DNA from: Acidobacteriota bacterium
GTDB lineage: Bacteria; Acidobacteriota; UBA890; WLXD01
Length of the DNA: 64,000 nucleotides
Assembly (NCBI GenBank): GCA_963666055.2
Contig: CAXWPH010000011.1
Coordinates: forward strand, 224,001-288,000
Reading direction: 5' to 3'
Within the stretch, counting starts at the first letter, position 1. Each line of letters begins with the position of its first letter. Of the stretch, positions 28,314 to 37,953 are shown piece after piece. Below the pieces are notes generated by a model. That model was not told the origin of the DNA and made no database searches. It saw nothing but the letters and a program-made list of their open reading frames with translations. A program made the translations under genes and the position numbers.

Positions 28314-28603
28314 TCGATGTGCTCCAGGCGGACCAGGCTAGCACCCTGGTGGCCGCGGCTACGGGACAACGACGGCAGCTGGCTGCCCTCCCGGACCCCG
28401 TGCGTACTCGGTTACGATTGTAGCCGGCCGGAGAACGTGCCGGCAAAGGATACCGCCGCGTTGGCGTCGTCTGATCGGCAATCGCGAAGCCACCCTACAG
28501 CTCTGGACAAACGCGAATTCGGGTGGCGTGACGATCACCGGCGGACGGAGGTTGCGGCCGGGCCTCGACACGACGGCCGCCAACAACTATCGGAGAGTCC
28601 ACC

Positions 28604-29944
28604 TTGACCCAGCTGGAGGCGTATCTCGACCAGGCCACGTCCGCCGCCATCGAGCAGCTACAACAGCTCATTGCTGTGCCGAGCGTGTCGGCGCGCGGCG
28701 AGCATCTGCCGGAGGGCGCGGCGGCATTCGCCGCCCTGTTGCAAGAGTGCGGGCTGCAAACGACCGTTTGGGAGTCCTCGGGCGCACCAGTGGTTTTCGC
28801 CCACCATCCGGCACCGCCAGGCAAGCCGACAGTACTTATCTACGGCCACTACGACGTGCAGCCACCGGATCCGATCGACGAGTGGCGCACCGATCCGTTC
28901 GAGGGAGTGTTGCGCGACGGTGCGGTTTACGGGCGCGGCGCGGCCGACAACAAAGGGCAGCTGCTGGCGCACATCATGGGTGTCGCGCTACTCCAGAGGC
29001 TCAACCGACTCGATGTCGGGATCAAGTTTCTTATCGAGGGCGAGGAAGAAACGGGCAGCCCCCATCTCGCGCAGGTAGCAGAGCAGCATCGACCTGAGCT
29101 AGCCGCTGATCTCGCCCTGACCTCCGATGCCCCATTCCACGACGATGGGACTCCCGTGGTCATCTTCGGCGTACGCGGCCTCCTCTATCTCGAGCTCGAG
29201 GCGCACGGTGCCGATCGCGACGTACACTCGGGCAATCGGGGCGGTATCGCCCCGACGCCCGCTTGGGATCTCGTCGCCGCCCTGGGCTCGATGTGCGGCC
29301 CCGGCGGCGGCGTGCGCGTCGCGGGTTTCTACGACGATGTCCGCCCACCATCGGCAAACGAACAGGAGCTGCTACGACGACTTCCCTTCGATCGCCAGGC
29401 CTTGCGGCGCGAGCTCGGCGTCCGGCGGCTCCCACCGCTGGCCGAGGAGGACCCGGCACAGGCCCTGATGTTCTCGCCCACCTTCAACATCTCCGGGCTA
29501 ACCAGTGGCTACGGCGGCCCCGGCGCCAAGACGATCGTGCCCTCGCGGGCCACCTGCAAGCTCGATCTTCGGTTGGTCGCCGACCAGGATCCGGAACGGA
29601 TCTTCGCGTCCATCGAAACGCACCTGCATCGACAATTTCCGTCCATTCGCCTGACGAAGCTCGCCTCGGTGCCACCATCAGCAACGTCACCGGATACTCC
29701 GTTCGCCGAGCCGATCATCTCCGCCGTGGCACGCGCCTGTGGCCAACCGCCGCTCCTGAGGCCTCGCTTGGGCGGCACGACGCCCGACTTCATCTTCACA
29801 CGGGTGCTCGGAATGCCCAGTCTGCTGATCCCCTACGGACAACCGGGGATGAATCACCACGCTCCGAACGAGCACATCACCGTAGCGGCCCTACGCCGCG
29901 GCATCGGCTGCACCGTCGAGATCTGCGAGGCACTGGGGCGCTGA
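28604..29944 (+). CDS. M20/M25/M40 family metallopeptidase (dipeptidase/ArgE-DapE-like)
   Basis: YGHYDVQP, GRGAADNKGQ, EGEEETGS, HSG, HAPNE motifs. Confidence 0.93.
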   Translation: MTQLEAYLDQATSAAIEQLQQLIAVPSVSARGEHLPEGAAAFAALLQECGLQTTVWESSGAPVVFAHHPAPPGKPTVLIYGHYDVQPPDPIDEWRTDPFEGVLRDGAVYGRGAADNKGQLLAHIMGVALLQRLNRLDVGIKFLIEGEEETGSPHLAQVAEQHRPELAADLALTSDAPFHDDGTPVVIFGVRGLLYLELEAHGADRDVHSGNRGGIAPTPAWDLVAALGSMCGPGGGVRVAGFYDDVRPPSANEQELLRRLPFDRQALRRELGVRRLPPLAEEDPAQALMFSPTFNISGLTSGYGGPGAKTIVPSRATCKLDLRLVADQDPERIFASIETHLHRQFPSIRLTKLASVPPSATSPDTPFAEPIISAVARACGQPPLLRPRLGGTTPDFIFTRVLGMPSLLIPYGQPGMNHHAPNEHITVAALRRGIGCTVEICEALGR

Positions 29945-29966
29945 GACGGGGTGGCGACGGCCGTAC

Positions 29967-32132
29967 TCAAGGCTGCGCGGCGCAGAAGACCTCGAACGCG
30001 GGAGCCACAGTGCCGGGCGGCGCACCCGCACGCAGTAGTTCGGAGATCAGCGGCGTCGCAGCACAGGCGCCAGGTAGCAGGCTCGCCAGCGTCTGGCCAT
30101 CGTCGCGCCCCGCTCCGATGAGCCACCGGAGCGCCGCGTGAAGATCGTGGAGCGTCGCCAGGACCGACTCCAACGACATGTCGTCGCGTGGGCTGGCGAA
30201 GCGCACGAAGGCCTGCGCGATGCCCAACGGGGTCAGCACTCGGCCGAGAGTCTGGCCAGATTCGTCGAGCACTCCCCACCAGCCGTGCAAAGTCTCGTCG
30301 CCACGGTCGATCGGTCGCGCCAATCCCACCAGCAGCCGCCCGTTTGCGAGGTCAGCCTGTGCCACCGATTGGGCCGCAGCCGGCCATTGCTCTGGCGAGG
30401 CATCCTCGGCGAGCCACCACTGCAACCGGCCGCCGCTGCCGACAGCCCGTAGCGTCACGTCAAAGGCAGTCACCGGCGGGCGGTCTGCAACACGGTTCAA
30501 CACCTGGCCCGTGAGTGCCGAGCGCAACAGCCCGTACGCGCCGGCAGTCGCCGATCTCTGGTGGCGCTCCAGCCCGCCGAGGCGCAGCGGATCGCTCGTC
30601 CAAACCGTCAGTCGACCCTCGCTCTCCACAGCGGGCGGCGTCCAGTGCACGGCTGCCATGCGGGCGGAACCCCGATACGCCCCCCGGGCGGGTGGCCGCA
30701 GGCTCTCACCAGCCACCAGCAGGGCAACAGCGATGGCATCCAGGCCGTCCCTTTCGAGCACCTGCCAGGACCGTAGTGCGGCGATGTGCAACGCCGTTGC
30801 CGGGTGCTCGGGGTCGCCGGCCTCGACCTTCGGTCCGGCTGGCCGCAGCTCCAGCACCGGTCCCACGGGCGGCGACATCGAACGGTTGCGCGGTCGCACC
30901 GCCCACGCTTCGAAAGCTGCGAGCTCGGCAACCGACAGCTCACTCAACGCGTCGAAAAGGGGCACCGTCCGATCCCGGAGGTAGGCTCGCGGCATCGCGC
31001 CAGAAGCGAAGACAACCGCCAGGCGCGCCAGCGGGTCGGCGCCGAACGGGATGCGGGCATGAATGTCAGACCCCATTGGGACGTCAACGTCGATCTCGAG
31101 CTCGACCTGTGCAAGTTCAGCAAGCTCAATCAGCGGGGTAATGGCCGTTCGGCCCGCAGCCCTGAGCTGCAGCGCCACGGATCCAACCGGGGCGGGAACC
31201 AGCACGTCGGCGAGGGCCGCGGCAAGTCGCGCTGCCGCTTCGGCTTCTTCGCCGAGTGGCTCATCAGGCGGAGCGTCCTCCAGCGAAGCCTCCGTATCCA
31301 CGACCACGACCTCGACGAGATCCTCCGAGGCGTTTTCTACGACGCGATCTAGGCGCACGATCGAGCCAATCAACTCGCCCAGCGGCAACTCCAGGTTCAC
31401 AAGCGTAGCTTCGTCGAGCTGAACGCGGATCGACGCCATCGTACGGAGAACCGCCGGTGGCGCATCGAAGGCCGCACCTCGTTGCCCGACCGTCTCGCCA
31501 ATGGCGGTGCCGGCAAACGACGCATCCATGGCAATCCATTGATCGTCCCGACGTACTTCTAGCCACCAGTGGTCGGCGGCCATCTCGATCCACCGGAGCC
31601 AGGGATCGCCACGGCCAGTGTGTGTGGCGGCAGGTTCGCCTACCAGCGCCACCGCGTCGCGCCACGCAAGGCGGCCGCGCACCAGCCTCACAGCGATGCC
31701 ACGGGCGCGATAAAGCCCCGCAAGCAGCAGCGTCTGGTCGAGCGAGTTACCGCTGGACGCCAGCAAAGCGCCGCGAGCGCCGCGCACACTGCCGGCGTAG
31801 GGCTCGTATCGTACCTGGCGTTGAACGAAACGAAACGGCCCCTCGATACCGGGTTCGAGTCTGGCGCTCAGCGTTGCTACGTCATCGCCCGCTGGTGCGC
31901 GGCGGGGCGACTGGAGCCCCAGCATTACCTCCTCGACATCGACACGCTCAAAAAACGTTCGCAACGTAGCGACCGCCGCGTCAGGCCATTGAACGACCGG
32001 CTCAGCATCCAACTGCTGTACCTGCTGCGCGCTCGCGACCAGGTCAGGCAAGATGCAGATACTCACCCCGACAACGACGATGCACGGCCACACCCGCCTG
32101 CAGGGGGCCGAACCCAAGCTACTGGAGACCAT
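29967..32132 (-). CDS. Secreted hypothetical protein with transglutaminase-like N-terminal domain
   Basis: YEPYAGSVRGARGALL...GNSLDQ.LLL..L.R..G...R...G, DHWWLEV, W..MDAS; signal-peptide-like N-terminus. Confidence 0.65.
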   Translation of the reverse strand: MVSSSLGSAPCRRVWPCIVVVGVSICILPDLVASAQQVQQLDAEPVVQWPDAAVATLRTFFERVDVEEVMLGLQSPRRAPAGDDVATLSARLEPGIEGPFRFVQRQVRYEPYAGSVRGARGALLASSGNSLDQTLLLAGLYRARGIAVRLVRGRLAWRDAVALVGEPAATHTGRGDPWLRWIEMAADHWWLEVRRDDQWIAMDASFAGTAIGETVGQRGAAFDAPPAVLRTMASIRVQLDEATLVNLELPLGELIGSIVRLDRVVENASEDLVEVVVVDTEASLEDAPPDEPLGEEAEAAARLAAALADVLVPAPVGSVALQLRAAGRTAITPLIELAELAQVELEIDVDVPMGSDIHARIPFGADPLARLAVVFASGAMPRAYLRDRTVPLFDALSELSVAELAAFEAWAVRPRNRSMSPPVGPVLELRPAGPKVEAGDPEHPATALHIAALRSWQVLERDGLDAIAVALLVAGESLRPPARGAYRGSARMAAVHWTPPAVESEGRLTVWTSDPLRLGGLERHQRSATAGAYGLLRSALTGQVLNRVADRPPVTAFDVTLRAVGSGGRLQWWLAEDASPEQWPAAAQSVAQADLANGRLLVGLARPIDRGDETLHGWWGVLDESGQTLGRVLTPLGIAQAFVRFASPRDDMSLESVLATLHDLHAALRWLIGAGRDDGQTLASLLPGACAATPLISELLRAGAPPGTVAPAFEVFCAAQP

Positions 32133-32139
32133 GTGTGCC

Positions 32140-32169
32140 AGGCTAGAGGCGCCGCCAAGCGGCTGTCAA
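32140..32169 (-). promoter_or_regulatory. Putative sigma70 promoter (possibly leaderless transcript)
   Basis: TTGACA-N18-TAGCCT, with the -10 seven nt upstream of ATG 32132 and no SD. Confidence 0.55.
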
Positions 32170-32276
32170 ACTCGGCGCGGAGCCCATAGCAAGCGGCGCG
32201 GACGGCCCCGCCGACTGGCGGCCGCGCCGCCCACGAGAGCCACCGGCTAGAATACGTTGCCCCGCGGAGGGAACAG

Positions 32277-33845
32277 ATGCTACGAACACACCCGCTGGGC
32301 GGCGCGCTCGGGCTCGTCGTCCTGTTCACTTGCGCTTGCGGCGCACCCGAGAATCCCGGCCCGGACCTGATCCTCACCGCCGGGCGTATCTACGCCTCGG
32401 CGGAGTCGACGGAACCGGTATCCGCGTTGGCGATCGCCGGCGATCGCATCGTCGCCCTCGGCACCGACGAGGAGGTTCGGGCTCTGGCGACGGACTTCAC
32501 CCAGGAAATGGACCTCAGCGGCGCAGCGGTACTTCCCGGATTCCACGACGCGTGGGTCGACCTCGAGGCCGTCGGACGGCGCGCCGATATGCTCGATCTC
32601 ACCCGAACGGCTGCATCACGCGAGGTGCAGGCGCGAGTGCGCGCCGCCTCCGTCGAGGGGTCCGGTTGGATTGTCGGGTGGGGATGGGATGAGACGATTT
32701 GGCCTAGCGGGCAGGTACCGGACCGGCGCTTGCTCGACGGTATCGCCGATACGCGCCCGGTACTCTTGTACCGTCGCATCGGCCGGGTAGCTTGGCTCAA
32801 CGGCACAGCCCTGGCGACGACCGGCACTACCGACCAGGTGCTGAGAGACGTGGACGGTAACCCTACGGGCCTGTTGGCCGGTGCAGCGCTGCAGCGTGCG
32901 GAGGCCATGTTGCCCATCGCCACGTCCGACCAGCGGCGTGGCTGGATCATCGCCGGCTTGCAGGCCGCGGCAGCGGCCGGCTTCACTTCGGTGTCGTCCG
33001 CACCGCTCGATGAACAGGCCGTCGAGCTACTGTTAGAGCTAGCGAACATCGGCGACCTGCAGATTCATGTTCGTGTCCGCCTGCAGCCTACCGTTGCCCC
33101 TCCCGACCGGCTCGGGACGGACAACCACCTTCAGATTACCTCGATTGGTCTCGACCTGGATGGTCCTTTGGCGCTGCGCTTGGCGGCCGTGTCCGCGCCG
33201 TATGCGGATGCATCGACCGTCACGCCTCCGGCTCCGGCTTCCGGACTCGACGCGGCGTGCGATCGTGCCGCCGCGGTGGGTCTACCTCTCGACACCCATC
33301 TCCGGGGCGACGCCGCCATCAACGCGGTTGGCAACTGCGCGGCCGCCGACAAGGGCCTCGTGGTGGGCGCCGACATCCTGCCTCCAGGGGCCAACGTCAG
33401 CGCTCGGCAGGTCGCCATCGTGCCGCATCGCATGGCCCACGACCTGTACTGGCTGGCGGATCGAATCGGCGTACAACGTGCCTCGGAAGCCCACGCTTAT
33501 CGCGATCTCGCCCGCGCCGGAAAGCTGGTAGCGTTCGCAACGCGCGCCCCGGCATTCCCCCTCGACCCGATGGGAGCGCTCTGGATCATGAACCGGCGAC
33601 AGGATCTACAGGGCTATCCACTGGACGGTTGGAACGCTCCCCAGCGATTGTCGGTTCGCGACTCCCTGCGCGTTGCCTTCGCGCACCAACTGCTCGGGGC
33701 ACGTGGCCTCACGATCGATGCCAAAGCCGACCTTGTGGTCTGGTCGGAAGACCCCTTCGACGAAGACACGCAGCTTGACGATACGCAGGCGCTGATTGTT
33801 CTCGTGGATGGCCGGGTGATCTTCTCGCGTCCGACCGTACCTTGA
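32277..33845 (+). CDS. Amidohydrolase_3 (YtcJ-like) family lipoprotein, metal ligands degenerate
   Basis: Lipobox-like FTCAC; DL.G..VLPGFHD, WIVGWGWDE..W, AWLN..AL, G.PTGLL, ADLVV...DP. Confidence 0.8.
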   Translation: MLRTHPLGGALGLVVLFTCACGAPENPGPDLILTAGRIYASAESTEPVSALAIAGDRIVALGTDEEVRALATDFTQEMDLSGAAVLPGFHDAWVDLEAVGRRADMLDLTRTAASREVQARVRAASVEGSGWIVGWGWDETIWPSGQVPDRRLLDGIADTRPVLLYRRIGRVAWLNGTALATTGTTDQVLRDVDGNPTGLLAGAALQRAEAMLPIATSDQRRGWIIAGLQAAAAAGFTSVSSAPLDEQAVELLLELANIGDLQIHVRVRLQPTVAPPDRLGTDNHLQITSIGLDLDGPLALRLAAVSAPYADASTVTPPAPASGLDAACDRAAAVGLPLDTHLRGDAAINAVGNCAAADKGLVVGADILPPGANVSARQVAIVPHRMAHDLYWLADRIGVQRASEAHAYRDLARAGKLVAFATRAPAFPLDPMGALWIMNRRQDLQGYPLDGWNAPQRLSVRDSLRVAFAHQLLGARGLTIDAKADLVVWSEDPFDEDTQLDDTQALIVLVDGRVIFSRPTVP

Positions 33846-33870
33846 CAACACACAACTACGGCCATACTTT
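33842..33870 (+). promoter_or_regulatory. Putative sigma70 promoter for the lipoprotein-lipoprotein-acs genes
   Basis: TTGACA-N17-TACTTT. Confidence 0.5.
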
Positions 33871-33919
33871 CGGCTCTGTGCTTCGGCCCCTTGGCTTCGA
33901 TCCTCCTACGACCCGTTTG

Positions 33920-34405
33920 ATGTCCTATCGCGGACGATTCATCCATCGGGCGGTAGCCGTTGCGGCTGGCTTACTGACGTTTGCGTGCACGACAACCGAC
34001 CCCGAGATTGTCGCGATCGAGTACATGCGGGCGACGCGCCACGCGGACTCGGATGACGCGCTCGCGAGGCTCGATCTGGACGAGATCGTCGCCCGCATCG
34101 AGGACGATGTGACTCTTGTGCTCAAGGATGGGAACTCGACCACGTTTCTACGAAGCTCCGTGGAGACGATGCTTTGGGGCCTGTTTCAGGAAACTCCGCG
34201 CGAGGAGAACCTCATTTATGATGCGCAGCCGGCGACCGTCGACGGCGAACGTGCATCGGTAGAGGTGACGATGACTGACCCTGACCGTCGAAGCCGTACG
34301 CGCACGGTTTACTTGCGGCGCACGCCCGAGGGTTGGCGCGTGTCGGGACGCTCGGTGGACAGCCTCGTGAGCTATGTCGTACAACGGCTCGAGGAGCGGT
34401 ATTGA
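33920..34405 (+). CDS. Hypothetical lipoprotein (NTF2-like fold suspected)
   Basis: Lipobox LTFAC; helix followed by beta strands ending L.R...GWRV; ATG 33920 chosen. Confidence 0.65.
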   Translation: MSYRGRFIHRAVAVAAGLLTFACTTTDPEIVAIEYMRATRHADSDDALARLDLDEIVARIEDDVTLVLKDGNSTTFLRSSVETMLWGLFQETPREENLIYDAQPATVDGERASVEVTMTDPDRRSRTRTVYLRRTPEGWRVSGRSVDSLVSYVVQRLEERY

Positions 34406-34475
34406 GACAGCCTTTTGAAGACCGCCCGAGACCCGTTTCTGCCCGGTGCCGGCCTCGAAAAGGAGACTCACGACG

Positions 34476-35210
34476 ATGATTCGACGATCCCCCCTGGTGC
34501 TGGCGCTGCTGGTAACGGCAGCGTGCGGTACGCCGGTCGAGAACGCGTCACAGGAGCTCATAGAACAAGTTCGCCTCGGTGACCCGCTGGCCCAGCAGAC
34601 CTACGCCGAGAACCTGGAACTCCTCGAGTCGGCGGAGGCGCTGCCCATCTGGATCGATGCGCTGGAGAACGACGACAACGACCAGGTCAAACAATGGGCA
34701 GCGCAGATAATCGGCAACATCGGCGACGCTGCCGCGCTACCGGCCTTGACGGCAGCAATGTCCGACTCGCGCGGCGTACGCGACGCCGCCGTGGCAGCCA
34801 TACGGCAATTCGACGACGCGACGGCGGCCGGGGTTTTCGCACAGACTCTCAGCGAGGGAACACGCGACGCCCAGGTGGCAGCACTATCGCAGTTGAGCCG
34901 GCTGGAGACCGGGGCCGACTTGGCGGTCGGGGCAATAGCGGTCACCGCTGCATCGAGCGACGAGCTGATTGCACGGACATCCATGGACACGCTGAGCGAC
35001 ATCGCCAACGAGGAAGCCTGCGCAGCTATCGCGGCCGTGGCCACCAACGCCGGTTTAACCGCCGAGATGCGAGCCTACGCGATAAGCACCCTCGGACGCA
35101 TCCAGAACGATGCGTCCGCTGCGCAGATCGACGCCGTGGTGGCGGCGTTGCAGGATGCCGACGACGACACCGCAGCCGACCTGATAGCGCAGGCACGGAG
35201 CCTCCGCTGA
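34476..35210 (+). CDS. HEAT-repeat lipoprotein
   Basis: AGGAG SD; lipobox TAAC; repeats such as VKQWAAQIIGNIG, VRDAAVAAI, MRAYAISTLGRI. Confidence 0.75.
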   Translation: MIRRSPLVLALLVTAACGTPVENASQELIEQVRLGDPLAQQTYAENLELLESAEALPIWIDALENDDNDQVKQWAAQIIGNIGDAAALPALTAAMSDSRGVRDAAVAAIRQFDDATAAGVFAQTLSEGTRDAQVAALSQLSRLETGADLAVGAIAVTAASSDELIARTSMDTLSDIANEEACAAIAAVATNAGLTAEMRAYAISTLGRIQNDASAAQIDAVVAALQDADDDTAADLIAQARSLR

Positions 35211-35259
35211 CGCCGAGCCGTCATTCAGCAACGAAACAGTAGCGCCCTCGCGAGCGTGC

Positions 35260-37176
35260 ATGGAGCCAATCGACCTGGATTCGGTCCTGGAGGAGCAAGG
35301 GAAGGTCTCCTCTCCTGACGCCTTCGTCGAGGCCGCCGTCGTACCGAACCCCGAGGCGGTGCGAGCCCGAGCGGCAGACGACCCCGAGGCTTTCTGGGCG
35401 GGGGTGGCCGACGAGCTCGAGTGGCACCGGCACTGGGATGAGGTGCTCGACTGGAATCCGCCGTTTGCGCGATGGTTTCCTGGTGCGCAGTGCAACATCG
35501 TGCACAACGCCATCGACCGTCACCTATCGACCTGGCGGCGCCACAAAGTAGCACTTCTGTGGGAGGGCGAGAACGGCGACCGGCAGGTGCTCACCTACGC
35601 CGAGCTCGCAGCCGAAGTCAATCGCCTGGCGAACGGGCTGCGCCGACTCGGTATCGAGAAAGGCGACTGCGTCACCATTTACATGCCGATCTGTCCCCAA
35701 CAGGCAATCGCCATGCTCGCCAGCGCCAAGGTCGGCGCGTTTCACAGCGTCGTGTTCGGCGGGTTTTCGTCGGACGGCCTGCGTGATCGCATCAACGACG
35801 CCCAGTCGAAGCTGCTCATTACCGCCGACGGTGGCTACTACCGGGGCAACATCGTGCCGCTGAAACAGGCGGCGGACCAAGCGGTACGACAGTGCCCGTC
35901 GCTGGCGCAGGTGGTGGTATACCAGCGCACCGGAGCTGACGTTTCCATGCAGGCGGGTCGCGACATGACATGGTCGGAGGCCGTCGAAGGGTGTCCCTCA
36001 ACGGCCGATGCCGAGATCATGGATGCTACGGATCCCCTCTTCGTGCTCTACACCTCAGGCTCGACCGGCAAGCCCAAGGGCATCGTTCACTGCCATGGTG
36101 GATACATGGTCGGTGTTTACCAGACGATGAAGTGGGTGTTTGACCTCCGCGATACCGACTTGTACTGGTGCACTGCCGACGCCGGATGGGTCACCGGGCA
36201 CAGTTACATCGTCTACGGACCACTGATGAACGGCGCCGCCGGCTTCATGGCCGAAGGCGCACCCGACTATCCGGATCCGAGTCGATGGTGGCGCTTCATC
36301 GAGCGCTACGGAATCAACATTCTCTACACTGCTCCCACCGCCGTCCGGATGTTCATGCGCTTGGGAGAACAGTGGCCGGCGGCGCACGACCTGTCGAGCC
36401 TGCGGCTGCTCGGCACCGTTGGCGAGCCCATCAACCCCGAGGCCTGGCGCTGGTACCACCGCGTGATTGGCGGCGACAACTGCCCCATTGTCGATACCTG
36501 GTGGCAAACCGAGACCGGTTCGATCCTCATTACGAACCTGCCCGCCGAAGCGCAAAAGCCCGGCTCTGCCGGCCTGCCGTTTCCTGGAATCGACGTCGAC
36601 GTGGTCGACGCCGAGGGTAATCCCCGGGAGCCCGGTCAAGGCGGATACCTGGTCATCCGCAGACCCTGGCCGTCGATGCTCTCGACGATCTACAACGACC
36701 CTGAGCGCTACCGAGAGACCTATTGGGAAATCGTACCGGGGATGTACACCGCCGGCGATGCCGCCGTTCGAGACGAGGATGGGTACATCCGCCTGCTGGG
36801 GCGCATGGACGATGTCCTCAACGTCGCCGGGCATCGGCTCGGTACCATGGAGATCGAGAGTTCTCTGGTCGCCCACGCCGCGGTAGCCGAGGCCGCTGTC
36901 ATCGGCATGCCCGACGAGATCAAGGGGGAGGTGCCGAAGGCGTTCGTCCTTTTGCATCAGGGTATCGAGCCCACCGACGAGCTCGCCAGCGAGCTGCGTG
37001 AGCATGTCGGCAACCAGATCGGCAAGATCGCGCGGCCGCAGATCATCGAGTTTGTCTCGAGCCTGCCGAAGACTCGGAGCGGCAAGATCATGCGGCGACT
37101 GCTCAAGGCAAAGGAACGCGGCGAGGACGTCGGCGATACGTCAACGCTGGACCCGGGCAGCGTACCGAACGACTAG
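35260..37176 (+). CDS. acs: Acetyl-CoA synthetase (acetate-CoA ligase)
   Basis: YTSGSTGKPKG, VGEPINPEAW, DTWWQTETG, LPKTRSGKIMRR. Confidence 0.96.
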   Translation: MEPIDLDSVLEEQGKVSSPDAFVEAAVVPNPEAVRARAADDPEAFWAGVADELEWHRHWDEVLDWNPPFARWFPGAQCNIVHNAIDRHLSTWRRHKVALLWEGENGDRQVLTYAELAAEVNRLANGLRRLGIEKGDCVTIYMPICPQQAIAMLASAKVGAFHSVVFGGFSSDGLRDRINDAQSKLLITADGGYYRGNIVPLKQAADQAVRQCPSLAQVVVYQRTGADVSMQAGRDMTWSEAVEGCPSTADAEIMDATDPLFVLYTSGSTGKPKGIVHCHGGYMVGVYQTMKWVFDLRDTDLYWCTADAGWVTGHSYIVYGPLMNGAAGFMAEGAPDYPDPSRWWRFIERYGINILYTAPTAVRMFMRLGEQWPAAHDLSSLRLLGTVGEPINPEAWRWYHRVIGGDNCPIVDTWWQTETGSILITNLPAEAQKPGSAGLPFPGIDVDVVDAEGNPREPGQGGYLVIRRPWPSMLSTIYNDPERYRETYWEIVPGMYTAGDAAVRDEDGYIRLLGRMDDVLNVAGHRLGTMEIESSLVAHAAVAEAAVIGMPDEIKGEVPKAFVLLHQGIEPTDELASELREHVGNQIGKIARPQIIEFVSSLPKTRSGKIMRRLLKAKERGEDVGDTSTLDPGSVPND

Positions 37177-37224
37177 TGGCACAGGCCACTAGCGCGGAGC
37201 CAATATCCTCCAGCGGCGATACGA

Positions 37225-37251
37225 AGAGCGCCCGTCGGCGACGGGCGCTCT
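37225..37251. terminator. Hairpin between the convergent acs and tRNA-Ala genes (possible bidirectional terminator)
   Basis: 12-bp stem AGAGCGCCCGTC-ggc-GACGGGCGCTCT; U-tracts weak. Confidence 0.6.
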
Positions 37252-37255
37252 CGAG

Positions 37256-37328
37256 TGGACCGTGGGGGGCTCGAACCCCCGACCTCCGGCATGCGAGGCC
37301 GGCGCTCTCCCAACTGAGCTAACGGCCC
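37256..37328 (-). tRNA. tRNA-Ala(CGC), CCA not encoded
   Basis: GGGCCGTTAGCTCAGTTGGGAGAGCGCCGGCCTCGCATGCCGGAGGTCGGGGGTTCGAGCCCCCCACGGTCCA; anticodon CGC, G3:U70 pair, TTCGA T-loop. Confidence 0.96.
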
Positions 37329-37349
37329 TCACTGGCTGTGGCAGCCAGG

Positions 37350-37943
37350 CTATCGTTCGCTCTCGTCTTCGTCAGACGAGTCGCCTGCATCCGACGGATC
37401 GATGGCCTCCTCTTGCGGAGCAACCTCGTCGACAACGTCGCCCTCTGCGCCGGTAGTGTCGGCCTCGGCGGGATCGCTGCTCGGCGCGTCGTCGTCGATG
37501 TCCGCGGTGGTCTCCGCAGCCACGGTGTCCTGAGACGCGGTACGTGGCCCGGTCTTCTTCTTGCGCTTGCGCTTGCGTTGCGGCAACTCCGCTTCGACTA
37601 GCTCGATTACCGCCATGTTGGCGCGATCGCCGGCACGCGAGGAGAGCTTGATGATACGCGTGTAACCTCCGGATCGCTCCGCGTAGCGTGGGGCCAGGTC
37701 ATCGAAGAGCTTGCGGAGGACTGCCTTGTCGCGGATGATTCGCGCCGCATGACGCCTTGCATGTAGCGACTCGCGCTTCCCGAGCGTGATCATTCGCTCG
37801 GCGAGTGGCCTGAGTACTTTGGCCTTGGCCTCGGTGGTGCGGATCTTCTCGTGCCGCAACAGGTCCGTGACCATGTTACGCAACATGGCTTTGCGGTGCG
37901 CCGGCGTTCGGCCCAACGTCGCGGTAGTTTGGCGGTGACGCAT
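37350..37943 (-). CDS. rplQ: 50S ribosomal protein L17 with long C-terminal extension
   Basis: MRHR...[22 protein letters not shown]. Confidence 0.96.
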   Translation of the reverse strand: MRHRQTTATLGRTPAHRKAMLRNMVTDLLRHEKIRTTEAKAKVLRPLAERMITLGKRESLHARRHAARIIRDKAVLRKLFDDLAPRYAERSGGYTRIIKLSSRAGDRANMAVIELVEAELPQRKRKRKKKTGPRTASQDTVAAETTADIDDDAPSSDPAEADTTGAEGDVVDEVAPQEEAIDPSDAGDSSDEDESER

Positions 37944-37953
37944 CAGTTCTCTC

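Noticed and set aside
28320-28600. Possible riboswitch upstream of the M20 peptidase (inverted repeats GCCACCC/GGGTGGC and GCGGCCG/CGGCCGC)
   Set aside because: No match I can recognise to c-di-GMP, TPP, SAM, cobalamin or glycine riboswitch cores; short GC stems are expected by chance
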